A stretch of DNA of 64,000 bases from Occultella glacieicola (GTDB lineage Bacteria; Actinomycetota; Actinomycetes; Actinomycetales; Beutenbergiaceae): positions 1 through 64,000 of the forward strand of contig NZ_SMNA01000016.1 of assembly GCF_004353825.1 (NCBI RefSeq), written 5' to 3'. Under the pieces are notes generated by a model that saw nothing but the letters and a program-made list of their open reading frames with translations, had not been told where the DNA came from and did no database searches. Of the stretch, positions 63,030 through 64,000 are shown piece after piece; positions within the stretch are counted from its first letter, which is position 1; every line of letters begins with the position of its first letter. The position numbers were made by a program, and so were the translations under genes.

Positions 63030-63299
63030 CTATTGCGCCAGGGTGGCGATCACCTCCTCGGTTCCGATCCGGCCCGGTCGAGGAGGGGCGAAAATGCCGG
63101 CCCTGCGCACCACGTCGGGAGGTGCGTCCGCGTCCGCCACCGGATCCAGCGGGGACGCCGAGGAACCGGGGGCCGGCACAGCCTTGCTGTAGCGGACAGA
63201 TCGCGCCGCCGCCGACGACATCCGCGGCGCGGCTCCTGGGTCCGCGCGCCTCGGTCGGTCCGGGCGCAGGCGGATCACGTGCGGGTTGCCCTCGCTCAT
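63030..63299 (-). CDS. Small hypothetical ORF or gene remnant (89 aa)
   Basis: GGGAGG RBS before the ATG at 63299, just downstream of an operator-overlapped promoter; low-complexity product. Confidence 0.3.
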   Translation of the reverse strand: MSEGNPHVIRLRPDRPRRADPGAAPRMSSAAARSVRYSKAVPAPGSSASPLDPVADADAPPDVVRRAGIFAPPRPGRIGTEEVIATLAQ

Positions 63300-63331
63300 A
63301 TCGCCTCCCTTCGGGGTGGGGCCGTGGCTAG

Positions 63332-63364
63332 ATTGTCGACAACTTGGCACGCGTTGTCAACAGT
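63332..63364 (-). promoter_or_regulatory. Tandem operators coinciding with a TTGACA-N17-GACAAT promoter
   Basis: ATTGTCGACAAC (63332-63343) and GTTGTCAACAGT (63353-63364), 21-bp period; third copy ATTGTTGACAAG at 63457-63468. Confidence 0.75.
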
Positions 63365-63484
63365 GCCAACACATCAGAAACTGGAGATCGGCTCCTTTAG
63401 TGCCGTATCCAGTGCAGGAGAGCGACAGGTTGGCCGCCTACGGGGATCGTGGACCGATTGTTGACAAGCGTTCGCAATCCGACT

Positions 63485-64000
63485 TCAGGCCCGGGAGGAC
63501 TGCTCCGCCGCCGCATGGTGCCGCCCGATCGGGAGCATCAGCGGCTTGCCGGAGACCGGATCCGGGATGACCCGGGAGTCGAGCCCGAACACGGTCCGCA
63601 CGGTCTCGTCGGTGAGCACCTCGCCGGGCTCGCCGACGGCGTGCACCCGCCCGTCGGCCATGGCGATCAGGTGGTCGGCGTACCGGGCGGCCAGGTTCAG
63701 GTCGTGCAGCACCATCACGATCGTGGTGCCGCGGTCGGCGTTCAGGTCGGTGAGCAGGTCGAGCACCTCGATCTGGTGGCTCACGTCCAGGAACGTGGTC
63801 GGCTCGTCCAGGAGCAGCACGTCGGTCTGCTGGGCCAGGGCCATCGCGATCCAGACCCGCTGGCGCTGACCGCCGGAGAGCTCGTCGACCGCGCGCTCGG
63901 CGAGGTCCGCCGTCGCCGTGGCGTCCAGGGCGTCCGCGACCGCCGCGTCGTCGTCGGCGGACCAGCGGGACAGCAGACCCTGGTGCGGGTGCCGGCCCCG
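63485..64000 (-). CDS. Iron-siderophore ABC ATPase (FepC/FhuC-like), 3' part; start is beyond the window
   Basis: GRHPHQ, ELSGGQRQRVWIAMALAQ, LDEPTTFLD, VLHDLNLAARYAD. Confidence 0.92.
   Translation of the reverse strand, partial: RGRHPHQGLLSRWSADDDAAVADALDATATADLAERAVDELSGGQRQRVWIAMALAQQTDVLLLDEPTTFLDVSHQIEVLDLLTDLNADRGTTIVMVLHDLNLAARYADHLIAMADGRVHAVGEPGEVLTDETVRTVFGLDSRVIPDPVSGKPLMLPIGRHHAAAEQSSRA

Noticed and set aside
62725..63484. Known riboswitch (cobalamin, glycine, NiCo, guanidine) or tRNA in the long spacer
   Set aside because: I could not find their conserved sequence cores; kept only as an unknown-structure candidate.

Overview
High-GC actinobacterial chromosome segment (Micrococcales-like, by inference). 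I found no rRNA, tRNA, CRISPR array, integrase or transposase. The window holds two large catabolic regions. (1) 1-24.5 kb is a plant-sugar-acid/pectin locus: a DUF1537 kinase coupled to a RuBisCO-like protein (as in D-apionate catabolism), CE8 pectin methylesterase, GH28, a 700-aa unknown glycosidase-like protein, an Asp-box sialidase-like protein, a split family-5 ABC importer, GH127, an esterase, GntR, a DHDPS-type aldolase, and a second DUF1537 kinase with PdxA2, DeoR and an aldo/keto reductase. The set resembles a rhamnogalacturonan-II utilisation system. After it come a decayed DUF4143 ATPase, LacI and a GH43 arabinanase. (2) About 29.4-63.5 kb is an amine/imino-acid catabolic island: five FAD amine oxidases, an M20 hydrolase, tartrate dehydrogenase, a PLP aldolase, MmgE/PrpD, an aminotransferase, two ALDHs, two HAD-II paralogues and a second split family-5 ABC importer. 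Two His-rich CDF metal exporters and CopZ are embedded in or next to these operons. About ten copies of the palindrome ATTGT(C/T)GACAAT overlap or flank the island's promoters. A Fe-siderophore ABC ATPase runs off the right edge. All functional calls come from motifs read by eye; no searches were run.
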